This document shows, one piece after another, positions 1 through 11,228 of a stretch of DNA of 64,000 bases (position 1 is its first letter; the number at the start of each line of letters is the position of its first letter). The stretch covers positions 6,448,001 through 6,512,000 of the forward strand of contig NC_043022.1 in the NCBI RefSeq assembly GCF_006345805.1. The letters are read 5' to 3'. The notes below the pieces were generated by a model. That model ran no database searches and was not told the DNA's origin. It worked only from the letters and a program-made list of their open reading frames with translations. Position numbers and translations under genes: made by a program. Origin of the DNA: Octopus sinensis. Lineage: Eukaryota.

Positions 1-299
1 CAAGTTCATCTTTGCCTGTCATCCTTTCAGATGAACCCTGATGGTCAATGTTATCTCCATCCCCTGAAATTGCTGACCTTGTCCCAGAATTTGAAGCTAA
101 AAGCAGCAAGCTGCCACAATCAGTGCAATGCTGGGCAAAACGCTAAGCAGTATTTCATTCTGAGTTTAAATTCTGGCGAGGTGGACTTTGCCTTTCATCC
201 TTTCATGGTGATAAAGTAAGTACCAGTGGAATACTGGGGTCAATGTAATTGACTAACCCTGAAATCCATACTATTGCCCTTGAGCCTATAGTATGAAGG

Positions 300-300
<1 letters not shown>

Positions 301-331
<31 letters not shown>

Positions 332-391
332 CATTCTAATTATTATTATTATTATATTATTATTATTATTATTATTATTATATTATCATTA

Positions 392-443
<52 letters not shown>
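301..443. repeat. (TTA)n microsatellite
   Basis: Near-perfect TTA run, directly abutting the element at 444. Confidence 0.95.
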
Positions 444-992
444 GAGTGAGAGAGCAGTGCATGCCATCAAAGTGACACTGGGGTAAAATATACGAAGCCC
501 AATATACCCATCATGACTACCCGTCTGATAAGGGTACACCAGGCACATGCATCACAACCATATGTGCGCGACATGGTGATCTCATATCAAGATAAACAGC
601 ACATGACCTTGCAGGTGGGGCCCAGTTAGAATTTTCTTCAGGTTGAGTAGCCCATCCCACTCAAAAGGTCCCTGAATAAGAGTTGTTTAAGGATGTTGAA
701 AGAACCACCCATGTTTCCAGAGGTGAATTATTCAAACCCCAAAGAATTCCTCTCAGCACATGGCTATGATGCTCCCCCACTACTTCTGCTCGTGATCAGA
801 GATGGACATATCATCAGCCACTAAGGGACATGCTCAACTGGTTAAGGTCAAACAACTGACAAGCAAATCTGTGGTATTGAGCAGAATATTTGCTGTAGCC
901 CATCTTTTATACCAAGACAAAACAATGTACATGATAACACTTCCAATCAGTTAAGATCAGAAGCCATGAGAGCCACTGCCTGGTACTGCATC
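444..992 (-). mobile_element. ~550-bp non-coding interspersed repeat (retroposon-like) with (AAT)n tail, copy 1
   Basis: High similarity to 26481-27030; (TTA)n on both sides; no ORF. Confidence 0.75.
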
Positions 993-1026
<34 letters not shown>

Positions 1027-1044
1027 GTTATTATTATTATCATT

Positions 1045-1262
1045 AAGACAGTGAGCTCACAGAATCATTAGCACACCTGGTAAAATGCTAAGCAGCATTC
1101 CATTCATCTTCAGGTTCGGAGTTCAAATACCATCAAAGTCAATTTTGCCTTTCATCCTTTCGGGGTTGTGAAATAAATACCATTTGAAGATTGGGGTTGA
1201 TGTAATCGGCTCATCCCTTCCTCCAAATTTGAGGCTTTGTGCTGCTTCCAGTAGAAAGGATT
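1045..1262 (+). mobile_element. tRNA-derived SINE family A (degenerate copy)
   Basis: Box-B-like GAGTTCAAAT, then family body gcctttcatcctttcgggg and tail gtagaaaggattattatt. Further copies near 120-300, 21990-22210, 24997-25218, 26275-26465, 27325-27530, 27945-28355, 29153-29350. Confidence 0.75.
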
Positions 1263-1304
1263 ATTATTATCATTATTATTATTATTATCATCATCATCAT
1301 TATC

Positions 1305-1342
<38 letters not shown>

Positions 1343-1965
1343 TGGTGGTGGTGGTGGTGGCGGCGGCGGCGGCGGCGGTGGTGGCAGTGGTGGTGGTGAT
1401 GGCGGTGGCGGTGGCGGCAGTTGCAGCGGCGGCGGTGGTGGTGGCGGCGGCAGTGGAGGTGGTGGTGGTGGTGGTGGTGGTGGTGGTGGTGGCGGCGGTG
1501 GCGGTGGCGGTGGTGGCGGTGGTGGTGGTGGTGGTGGTGGTGGTGGCGGTGGCGGCGGCAGTGGAGGTGGTGGTGGTGGTGGTGGTGGTGGTGGTGGTGG
1601 CGGTGGTGGCGGTGGTGGCGGTGGTGGTGGTGGTGGCGGTGGCGGTGGTGTGGTGGTGGTGGTGGTGGTGGTGGCGGCGGCGGCGGCGGTGGTGGTGGTG
1701 GGTGGTGGTGGTGGTGGTGGTGTGGTGGTGGCTGTGGCGGTGGTGGTGGTGGTGGTGGCGGCGGCAGCGGTGGTGGTGGTGGTGGTGGTGGTGGTGGCAG
1801 TGGTGGTGGCGGTGGTGGTGGTGGTAGTGGTGGTGGCAGTGGCGGCGGCAGCGGTGGTGGTGGTGGTGGTGGCAATGGTGGTGGTGGTGGTGGTGGTGGT
1901 GGTGGTGGCAGAGGTGTCGGTGGCAGCGGCAGTTGCGGTGGTGGTGGTGGTGGTGGTGGTGTCTT
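1260..1965. repeat. Compound trinucleotide array (ATT>ATC>AGT>GGT/GGC)
   Basis: About 700 bp of trinucleotide repeats; source of the poly-G/poly-H/poly-V pseudo-ORFs. Confidence 0.95.
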
Positions 1966-2753
1966 TTTAATTGGTGTACCTTTATTATTGGTGTATGATG
2001 AAAGATTCTGGGAGTCAACTGCGATAAATTAAGGGAGAGGGATTTGGCTGCAAATTCCACAGGAATTCGTCTCAAAGAGTGCCTCTTCCTCTGTTTATTC
2101 ACTTTGGTAAATGAAAAGATACCAACAAAAGTAAACAAAGAAATAATCCGAAAAGGTCAAGGAAAAGGTCAACAAATATATAAGATATTTGATCCTTTAA
2201 ATCATACAACCCCACTTGATACAGTGTGTGTATGTGTGTGTGTGTGTGTGTGTCCATGAAGAGACCAATATGGACCCCTTGTGAGAGGAAGCCATAGGAG
2301 AGGGCGTGGTAGGCGGGACAGACCTGTCAAGACCTTCTTGACAGGGATCTCGCATATAGGGGGCCTGAACTGGGAGAAAGCTCATGGCAGTGTTTATGGC
2401 TATGCAGGGGGGAGATCCTTAATTGCTTGATGCTCCAAGAGGGGTGTGGCGGAAATAAGGTTAAGATGTACATACATACACACATTCATACATACATGCA
2501 TGTCTAGACGTGCAACAATATGCATGAGAATACACACATACAGCAAAACATACAAACCTGCACATATATATACAGACAAACAGACAGATAAATAGATAGA
2601 TATATATGTATCTGTTAAGTGCTTTCCATGACTATGAGTTGATTTAACTCTTATTTCTAGCAATACTGGTGCTTACTAGTGCCCTTGGTCACTTTAGGGA
2701 CGTAAATATTTCTGCCTTTCAGTTGTAAAATTGCAGACAAGCCACCCTTATTA

Positions 2754-2797
<44 letters not shown>

Positions 2798-2809
2798 GGT
2801 ATATGTATA

Positions 2810-2851
<42 letters not shown>

Positions 2852-2873
2852 CATAGGTATATGTATATATATG

Positions 2874-2913
<40 letters not shown>

Positions 2914-3074
2914 AATAGTAAAAAGTGAAAAAACTACAGAAGGCTTGTTTTAAAAGGTTAAAAAATATATATTTGAGTCAATATGTCTGAAGAATATTAT
3001 AAATTTTTTTCTTACAATGACATAGTTTAGAAGAAATGCCCGGTTTCACATTCAGCTTTTCAAATTTCTTACAT

Positions 3075-3347
3075 CCGAACGTGGCCGATACCAGCGCCGC
3101 CTTGACTGGCTTCCGTGCTGGTGGCACGTAAAAAGCACCAATCCGATCATGGCCGTTGCCAGCCTCTTCAGGCACGTAAAAAGCACCCACTACACTCACG
3201 GAGTGGTTGGTGTTAGGAAGGGCATCCAGCTGTAGAAACGTTGCCAGATAAGACCGGAGCCTGGTGCAGCCTTCTGGCTTCTCAGATCCCGGTCGAACAG
3301 TCCAACCCATGCTAGCATGTAGAACGGACGTTAAACGATGATGATGA

Positions 3348-3350
<3 letters not shown>
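3075..3350 (+). mobile_element. Family E retroposon (RTE 3'-UTR-like, (GAT)n tail)
   Basis: ggttggcgttaggaagggcatccagctgtagaaac...ccaacccatgctagcatg...cggacgttaaacgatgatg. At least 15 further copies, e.g. 3668-3870(-), 6580-6900(+), 12815-12990(+), 19125-19335(-), 27031-27315(+), 28518-28684(-), 37165-37372(-), 37590-37910(-), 49360-49670(+), 51750-51898(+), 56590-56992(+). Confidence 0.8.
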
Positions 3351-3398
<48 letters not shown>

Positions 3399-4862
3399 TA
3401 ATAATAATAACAATAATAATAATAATAATATGACAACAAAAGACTGAATGAGACCTCAATATTATGTAAAATAGAAGAATTTATCTATAAATATATAATA
3501 TAGCAGTTGCAAGGTATTTACAGTTACATATTTACCCTTAAATTAACATTTAATACATGTGCTTAATATATAGATATATATAGATATAGATATATATATA
3601 TAGATATAGATATATATATATATTAAGAAATATTAAATTTCTAAATATCTCATGTTTGACAGAGTAATCATCATCATCATCATCGTCGTTTAACGTCCGC
3701 TTTCCATGCTAGCATGGGTTGGACGGTTCAACTGGGGTCTGGAAAGCCAGAAGGCTGCACCAGGCCCAGTCAGATCTGGCAGTGTTTCTACAGCTGGATG
3801 CCCTTCCTAACGCCAACCACTCCGTGAGTGTAGTGGGTGCTTTTTATGTGCCGCCAATACAGGTGCCAGACGAGGCTCTGAACGCTAAAGGGTTAATGTT
3901 CCATAAATAAACCATTCTAAATTCTCGTTTGAATTGGGCACTTTCATTTGCTAAACTTATACATATAGAAAACAGTACACACACACACACACACACATGA
4001 ACATATACTTGTACGTATGTATGTGTTTTATATGTGTGTGGGGGGAGGGTATGTATGGATGCACAGATGTAATTTACTTAAAATGGAAATCAATCGTGCA
4101 TGACATACATAAGTTATGCTGGTTCACAATTTGTACAGAGAGGCAGTGGAGCATCTCACAACAGTGCAACCTGAGCAGACATCATCTTTTGCAGGGAAAT
4201 AGGGAGCTGCTAGGCCCCCTAAAACAGAATGTTTAAGGTTTACGTACAAGTAACAGTGAATAGTCATTTCACCGTAATATTAGATACTCTAGAGTTTTCG
4301 TAGATTGAGTTACGGATTAAGTAAATAAGGTAGAAAATAGGTGGAGGGATGGTGCTAATGTCTGGTCACATGACGCTACACACACACACAAATATATGTA
4401 TATATGTATATATATATATATATATATACATACATATGATAAATATGTATGTATTGCCTTTTTACTGTCAGTGTTCTCTTTTTTATCCCATATATTAATT
4501 TCCTACTTAGATATTTCAAGTGATCTCCTGAGGCACATCTAACGATTTACGTACACCACCCAGGGATATTTCTCAGTTGAGGACTTCCATTTCTGGCTTG
4601 CTAATTATAAATATTATTTTCTCAGTGTTTCATCGTTAATAATTAAATGAGATATGAGATCCAATCGTGGCAGATTATGCCAGCTTTTGGAAATGCTTGT
4701 TGAAACATTTGGGCAGCTGTCCTACTACCATATCAGGAGATATCATATGAGGAGTTATCATATTAGGAGATATTATAACAGATATCCTGCCAAAATATGG
4801 CATTTTTAGTATGTGTGTGTACGTACATATATATATGTATGTATGTATATATATATATATGT

Positions 4863-4902
<40 letters not shown>

Positions 4903-4904
4903 AT

Positions 4905-5206
4905 GAAGGCGCATGGCTTAGTGGTATTCAACTCACGATTGTAAGGTTGTGAGTTCAATTCCCGGCAATGCAAGACACTTTATTTCATGTTGCTCCAGTT
5001 CCACTCAGTGGCAAAAATGAGTTGTACCTGTTATTCAAAGACCCAGCCTTGTCACACTCTGTGTCACACTGAATCTCCCTGAGAACTACGTTAGGGGTAC
5101 ACGTGTCTGTGGATTGCTCAGTCACTTGCACATTAATTTTGCAAGCAAGCTGTTCGTTGATCGTATCAGCTGGGACCCTCATCGTTGTAACCAGCGGAGA
5201 GCTTCT

Positions 5207-5207
<1 letters not shown>
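4905..5207 (+). mobile_element. tRNA-derived SINE family D
   Basis: Head ggcgcatggcttagtgg...gtgagttcaattccc, body gcaagacactttatttcatgttgctccag. Related copies at 15045-15340(-), 15420-15757(-), 36655-36900(-), 63337-63665(-). Confidence 0.7.
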
Positions 5208-5253
<46 letters not shown>

Positions 5254-5261
5254 ATATATAC

Positions 5262-5313
<52 letters not shown>

Positions 5314-5355
5314 ATATATATATATAGAAAAAAAGGCAACAATAATGGATTAAAA

Positions 5356-5441
5356 TCTCGGTACAATTGTTTCGTACGAGGACATCTTTAATAGCTACAA
5401 AAATGCAGTAAATACAGATGGCTCGTACTCGTCAGCCGAAA
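5356..5441 (-). ncRNA. Minimal type I hammerhead ribozyme motif (HHR1)
   Basis: Minus strand: stem I tttcgg/ccgaga; core CUGACGA (5435-5429); 7-bp perfect stem II gtacgag/ctcgtac; GAAA (5373-5370); C-AAUU-G stem III with palindromic loop; GUA cleavage triplet (5364-5362). Confidence 0.8.
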
Positions 5442-5619
5442 AACATCAGAGAATTCCCAAACATCAAAGGGGTAGATATACAAAAGAGGGTGTAAGATTA
5501 ACTGCATTGAAGAAAGTTCGATTCATGGAGATCCGATGGAGGTCTTAAACTTACAGAATTTGTGCATGTCTATATATAGCTCATATTGAATTGCTAATAT
5601 ATATATATATATATATATA

Positions 5620-5985
5620 AAACATTATTGGTGAATTGAAGAAATGGAGCTGAACGCAGATTGAACAGAAATCGTTTTATTTCATTCTACACGTGTTTCG
5701 AAAGGCACACAAATTACAAAATCCGATGAATAATGGGACCATATTGTGTCTTTCTCTTCAGGAAGAAAAAAGGAAATCCGTTGGAAAAACAAAAAACAGA
5801 ACAGAGGCGGAGCAAAAACAAATCGAAACTGTGTCCTAAGAGCCCATGGCGAAACTGTTTATCATTGTATGTTGAGAACTGGTGGCTGAGAATTCAACGG
5901 GTTGCTGTGATTTTGCTACTAGGTATCGGTTAAACTTTTGATTATCTACTACAAGATTATTCATCTTTCTATTTCACATAATTAT
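5620..5985 (-). mobile_element. Penelope-like terminal-repeat (pLTR) remnant between (TA)n tracts
   Basis: Carries HHR2; homologous to 12322-12785; minimal hammerheads are typical of Penelope-like element termini. Confidence 0.55.
5685..5764 (-). ncRNA. Minimal type I hammerhead ribozyme motif (HHR2)
   Basis: Minus strand: stem I ttc/gaa; CUGAAGA (5761-5755); stem II gaaag/ctttc; GAAA (5699-5696); C-ACGU-G; GUA (5690-5688). Confidence 0.7.
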
Positions 5986-6219
5986 AGATATATATATATA
6001 TATATATACCATTATCATCATCATTTAATGTCCATTTTGCATGCTAGCTTGGATTGGAGGGTTTGATAGAGGCTGGCCAACCAAGGAGCTGTCCAGACTC
6101 CAGTTGTCTGTCGTGGCATGGTTTCTATGGCTGGATGCCCTTCCTAATGCCAACCACTTTACAGAATGTTCTGGGTGCTTATGCAGCGCCAGCACAGATG
6201 CTTTTTAAGTGGCACCTGT

Positions 6220-6410
6220 AAAAGAGAAGCCTGTATGTGTGGAAGACTGCGATCTTACTTAGCTTGATACATCTTATCAAGTACAGCAAATCACCACAAC
6301 CCCTGGTCCCTTGGCTTTTCCTCAGTGAGTCCCACTGTCTGAAGATTCTTTCTCAACACCTCATCCTGCCTCTTCCTGAATTGACCCCTTCCACAATTAG
6401 AGCTTGGCAC
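6220..6410 (-). mobile_element. RTE LINE ORF2 3' remnant
   Basis: Reverse-complement homolog of 31040-31240; runs into a family E tail at 6010-6210. Confidence 0.5.
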
Positions 6411-6432
6411 TTCTTTATGCATGTATGTGTGT

Positions 6433-6477
<45 letters not shown>

Positions 6478-7044
6478 ATCTCTGTCACACCCTAACCTTT
6501 CATCATCCGACACAAGATCACCTTCCCTAATGCCCCCCTTCCCTCTCAAAATTCCTTGTCTTGCAAAAATTACTTGGTGACCTTGCCGGTGCTGGTGTTG
6601 GTGCCACATAGAATGCATCCAGTGCACACTGTGAAGTGGTTGGCATTTGGAAGGACATCCAATTGTAAAAAAACCAAGCCAAAACTGACCACCTCACCTG
6701 TGCTGGTGCCATGTAAAAAGCACTCAGTTCACTCTACAGAGTGGTTGGTGTCAGGAAGGGCATCCAGCCATAAAACCCATGCCAAAACAGACACAGAAGT
6801 ATGGTGCAGGCTTCTGCCTGGTCAGCTCCAGTCAAACCGTCCAACCCATGCTGGCATGGAAGGTAGACGTCAAATGATAATGATGATGATGATGATGTGG
6901 ACTTTTCCATGCTAAATAAGTAATCTAAGAATTCCAAGGAACCAGTCTGGTGTCCAATTTATTTCCAAGTAAGCTTATTTTTATATAAGAAATATTGAAT
7001 TTCTAAATCTCTCGTGGAGACCTGTACGGTGGTGGGGCGATAGA

Positions 7045-7305
7045 ATGGTTGTATACTGTCAATCTAACAAGAACGTGACAGTAGGGGGTACACCACCGCT
7101 GTATAGCCCTAGGAAGCATCAAACGCCTCCTGATAGCTTTGACACATACTTTCCCTGTGTCCTTATATACATATACAAAGGGGAGACAAACACAGGGAAA
7201 AAATGTGTCGAAGCTGTCAGGAGGTGTTCGATGCCTCCTAGGGCTATACAACGGTGGTGTACCCCCTACTGTCACGTTCTTGTTAGATTGACAGTATACA
7301 ACCAT
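7045..7305. repeat. Foldback element: 116-bp inverted arms with 29-bp spacer
   Basis: 7045-7160 is the reverse complement of 7190-7305 with about 8 mismatches; near-identical peptides on both strands in the ORF track. Confidence 0.9.
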
Positions 7306-7524
7306 CCTTATTTTTATAATTTTTCAGAAACTCCTAATGGTTAGGCAGCACCATAAAAGACAATTAGAAGCTCTTACTCTCCATATTTCATTGTTGTCGT
7401 GTGTGTGTGTGTGTGTGTGTTGTACATGTTTTTGATACTAAAGCATTCACTATGGCAATATTTCGATGGACTTTGTTTCCTCATATATTCAGATCTGGAC
7501 CAAGATATTTGAGGTTGTTTCATG

Positions 7525-7560
7525 CGACACACTTTTAATATGCCTCTGTGTGTGTGTGTG

Positions 7561-7604
<44 letters not shown>

Positions 7605-8035
7605 TGTGTGTGTGTGTGGTGTGTGTGTCTGTGTGTGTGTGTGTGTGTGTCTGTGTGTGTGTGTGTGTCTGTGTGTTACTGTGGTGTGTTGTCGTGTGTG
7701 TGTGTGTGTCTGTGTGTTACTGTGTGTGTTTCTCGGGTGTGTGTGTGGTGTGTGTGTGTGTGTGTGTGTTGTTGTGTTGTGTGGGTGTGTGGTGTGGGGT
7801 TCTGTGTGTACTGTGTCTGTGTGTCTGGTGTGGTTGTGTGTATGGACATGTGTATGAATGTGTTTGTGTATTTCCATGTGAGTGTGCTTTCATGTATGTG
7901 TACATGTGCACTTTTGTGTGTGTGTGTGTGTGGAGTATGTGTGCTTCAGTGTGTATGCGTGAGTGTACATGTGTGTGTGTATGTTTATGTACTTTTGTGT
8001 ATGCATACATGTGTGTGTGTGAGTGTATATGATTG
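7525..8035. repeat. Degenerate (TG)n tract
   Basis: About 500 bp of interrupted TG repeats. Confidence 0.95.
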
Positions 8036-8152
8036 TGCATGCATGCCAGTCCATGCAACACAGATTGTTGCTTTGCCTTTATGTCAAAAGGTCACTTAGC
8101 TGTTCAATAAATAGAAACTGACAAAATGCGCACCAGACCAATGAGTGGAAAT

Positions 8153-8369
8153 CTCTTTACTCTTTACTCTTTTACTTGTTTCAGTCATTTTGACTGCGGC
8201 CATGCTGGAGCACCGCCTTTAGTCGAGCAAATCGACCCCCGGGACTTATTCTTTGTAAGCCCAGTACTTATTCTATCGGTCTCTTTTGCCGAACCGCTAA
8301 GTGACGGGGACGTAAACACGCCAGCATCGGTTGTCAAGCAATGCTAGGGGGACAAACACAGACACACAA

Positions 8370-8400
<31 letters not shown>

Positions 8401-8573
8401 CATATATACGACAGGCTTCTTTCAGTTTCCGTCTACCAACTCCACTCACAAGGCTTTGGTCGGCCCGAGGCTATAGCAGAAGACACTTGCCCAAGATGCC
8501 ACGCAGTGGGACTGAACCCGGAACCATGTGGTTGGTAGACAGGCTACTTACCACACAGCCACTCCTGCGCCTA
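8153..8573 (-). mobile_element. Composite SINE (CORE-like head + internal (TA)n(TG)n + (GAGTAAAA)n tail)
   Basis: Head taggcgcaggagtggctgtgtggtaag...ggcatcttgggcaagtgtctt (CORE-like motif). Copies at 10716-11092(+), 13015-13422(+), 16954-17363(+), 20785-21200(-), 46095-46492(-), 48768-49150(+), 58505-58933(-), 60180-60578(-); head-only at 36205-36365 and 57694-57828. Confidence 0.8.
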
Positions 8574-8899
8574 TGGAAATGGGTAAAAGAGCAGAAGAAT
8601 GTGGGATAAAAAGAAAATCAAACTAAAATATAATTATTTCATTTGAAAATCATTTTCTGACTCATTTGAAAGAAAAATAATTTGGCAGAAGGTTTGAGAA
8701 AGAAGGCAGCAGCTTTTGAAGTTGACTGGAATTAATAATGACCCTTATGACCTTCCATACTTACTGCTGGCCCAGTTGGCCGTTCACTCCTCTGTTGTGA
8801 GTGGTGTGTGTGTGTGTGTGTTGTGTGTGTGTGTGTATCTGTGCATGTTTGTGAGTATGGACGTGTATCTGTGTGTGTTTGTGACTGCGCAGGTTTATG

Positions 8900-9120
8900 T
8901 ATGATGATGGTGGTGGTGGTGGTGGTGGTTGTGGGGACTGTGGTGGTGGTGGTGGTGGCTTTGATGATGTTGATGAGAATGATGATGATGACGATGACGA
9001 TGATGATGATGATGATGATGATGATGACGATGACGATGACGATGATGATGATGGTAATGGTGTTGATGATGATGATGATAATGGTGTTGATGATGATGAT
9101 GATAAGAATGATGATGATGC
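8900..9120. repeat. (GGT)n/(GAT)n compound microsatellite
   Basis: Source of the poly-D/poly-M pseudo-ORFs. Confidence 0.9.
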
Positions 9121-9374
9121 CTCCCCATGGGAAAGGACTCCATTTCCTCTGACATCTCTGTCTGTCTGTGTGTCACTATGTATATCGCATTGAATGTCAT
9201 GCTAAGACTGAAGAAAAGGTGAAGGTAAAGATAAGGAGAAGTAAAAAACACACACACATACAGATATACACATGCTCATATATACACACACATGTAGACA
9301 CACCAACAAACACGCATACATAGTCACACACATGTACACACAGACACACACAACACATAAATGTAGAGACACAT

Positions 9375-9412
<38 letters not shown>

Positions 9413-9443
9413 TCAGTATTGTGCTCAGACCAACCCACCTCAA

Positions 9444-9863
9444 ATACCTATTTCTTTATTACCCAGAAGGGGCCAAACACAGAGGGGACAAACAAGGACA
9501 GACATAGGTATTAAGTCGATTACATCGACCCCAGTGCGTAACTGGTACTTAATTTATCGACCCCGAAAGGATGAAAGGCAAAGTCGACCTCGGCGGAATT
9601 TGAACTCAGGATGTGGGCGACGGGCGAAATACCTATTTCTTTACTACCCACAAGGGGCTAAACACAGAGGGGACAAACAAGGACAGACATAGGTATTAAG
9701 TCGATTACATCGACCCCAGTGCGTAACTGGTACTTAATTTATCGACCCCGAAAGGATGAAAGGCAAAGTCGACCTCAGCGGAATTTGAACTCTAACGTAA
9801 CGCAGACGAAATACCGCTAAGCATTTTGCCCGGCGCGCTAACGTTTCTGCCAGCTCGCCGCCT
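9444..9863 (-). mobile_element. SINE family A dimer with Tx1-like tail
   Basis: Two body+tail units joined at gaaatacc (9626-9633), one tRNA head; imperfect TSD ca(a/t)atacct. Confidence 0.85.
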
Positions 9864-10077
9864 CATATACCTGTTCATGTCCCCCAACCCACAATGAAAC
9901 AGCCTCTACTCAATCTACTAGAAATAGCAGGCAAAATATCTCAAGTCCCACCATCATCACCTCCAAATCACATTCTTCCACTTTATATTAAAGAAGAAAA
10001 TCTTCCTGAGTACGAAGGGTATTTTGGAACACATCTTTGGTTGAACCACAAATCAAAGACAAGTCTATTATAATGTT

Positions 10078-10112
<35 letters not shown>

Positions 10113-11228
10113 TCTTTAACGTCTGTTGTCCATGCTGGTGTGGGTTGGGTGGTTTGACCAGGACTGGTAAGCTGAGGCTCCGCAACAGCTTCCATTCTGA
10201 TACGTGCTAGGTTTTAGGGTTCTCGTTTTCCCTTCAGGTGTATCAACACCACCAGCATGGTAGATTCCAGTCTGACCCAGGAGATGTAAGATCACAATGG
10301 GTTTTAGGCTCTGGTTGCCAGTCAAAGCAACCAAAAGACTAACAGCTTCTTGAACATGGCTGGGTCTTTTGCGTCCAAGGACAAGAAATAGCTGAAGCTT
10401 TCTGGCAGGAGTGTATCATCCAAAACCAACAGGATGGAGTGTTCTTGATGTTCAAAATTTGTTAGGATGACTGAGTTTGTCCAGCAACTCCGTATCTTCA
10501 TGGTGACTCCCCATGGGAAAGGACTCTATTTCCTCTGTATGGATTAATGAGAGCCATCACGAAGCAAGCAAAGGTGACAGATGCCAACTATCAGATCTGT
10601 GCTACACAAAGATGACCTCAGCTGTATGCAAGGCTTTCATGATGCTGGGATGTAACATGAGACGATCGTATGAGTCAAACCCAACAGGATTGTGTATTTG
10701 AATGTGGTGCAGCAATAGGCGCAGGAGTGGCTGTGTGGTAAGTAGCTTGCTAACCAACCACACGGTTGCGGGTTCAGTCCCACTGTGTGGCATCTTGGGC
10801 AAGTGTCTTCTGCTATAGCCCCGGGCCGACCAATGCCTTGTGAGTGGATTTGGTAGACGGAAACTGAAAGAAGCCTGTCGTATATATGTATATATATGTA
10901 TATGTGTGTGTGTTTGTGTGTCTGTGTTTGTCCCCCTAGCATTGCTTGACAACCGATGCTGGTGTGTTTACGTCCCCGTCACTTAGCGGTTCGGCAAAAA
11001 AAGAGACCGATAGAATAAGTACTAAAAGGTGGTGCTCCAGCATGGCCGCAGTCAAATGACTGAAACAAGTAAAAGAGTAAAAGAGTTAAGAGTAATCCAG
11101 CTTACAGTTCCAGTCTAACCCATGCCAGCATGGAAAGCAGACGCTAAATGATGATGATGATAATGATGATGCTGAAGTACGCAACTATGTTATTTGACAT
11201 CCTGGGGCCGAATAGTTCTGTTGGTAAG

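Noticed and set aside
1045-1140. tRNA genes at SINE heads
   Set aside because: Box A/B-like motifs only; no complete cloverleaf, and each continues into a SINE body.
1152-2138. 328-aa His/Thr-rich ORF and overlapping poly-Gly/Val/Pro ORFs
   Set aside because: Open in nearly all frames because trinucleotide repeats lack stops; no splice or domain support.
5835-5862. Plus-strand CTAAGA-gcc-cat-ggc-GAAAC motif
   Set aside because: Core lacks G5 and stems I/III do not form.
7374-8099. Cys/Val- and His/Thr-rich ORFs
   Set aside because: Translations of degenerate (TG)n.
8331-8609. Recurrent MSSNARGTNTD.../MLGGQTQ... ORFs
   Set aside because: Antisense readings of the composite SINE, repeated at many copies.
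10200-10510. Possible exon or RT remnant
   Set aside because: Only vague similarity to an RT segment; no consistent splice chain or motif.
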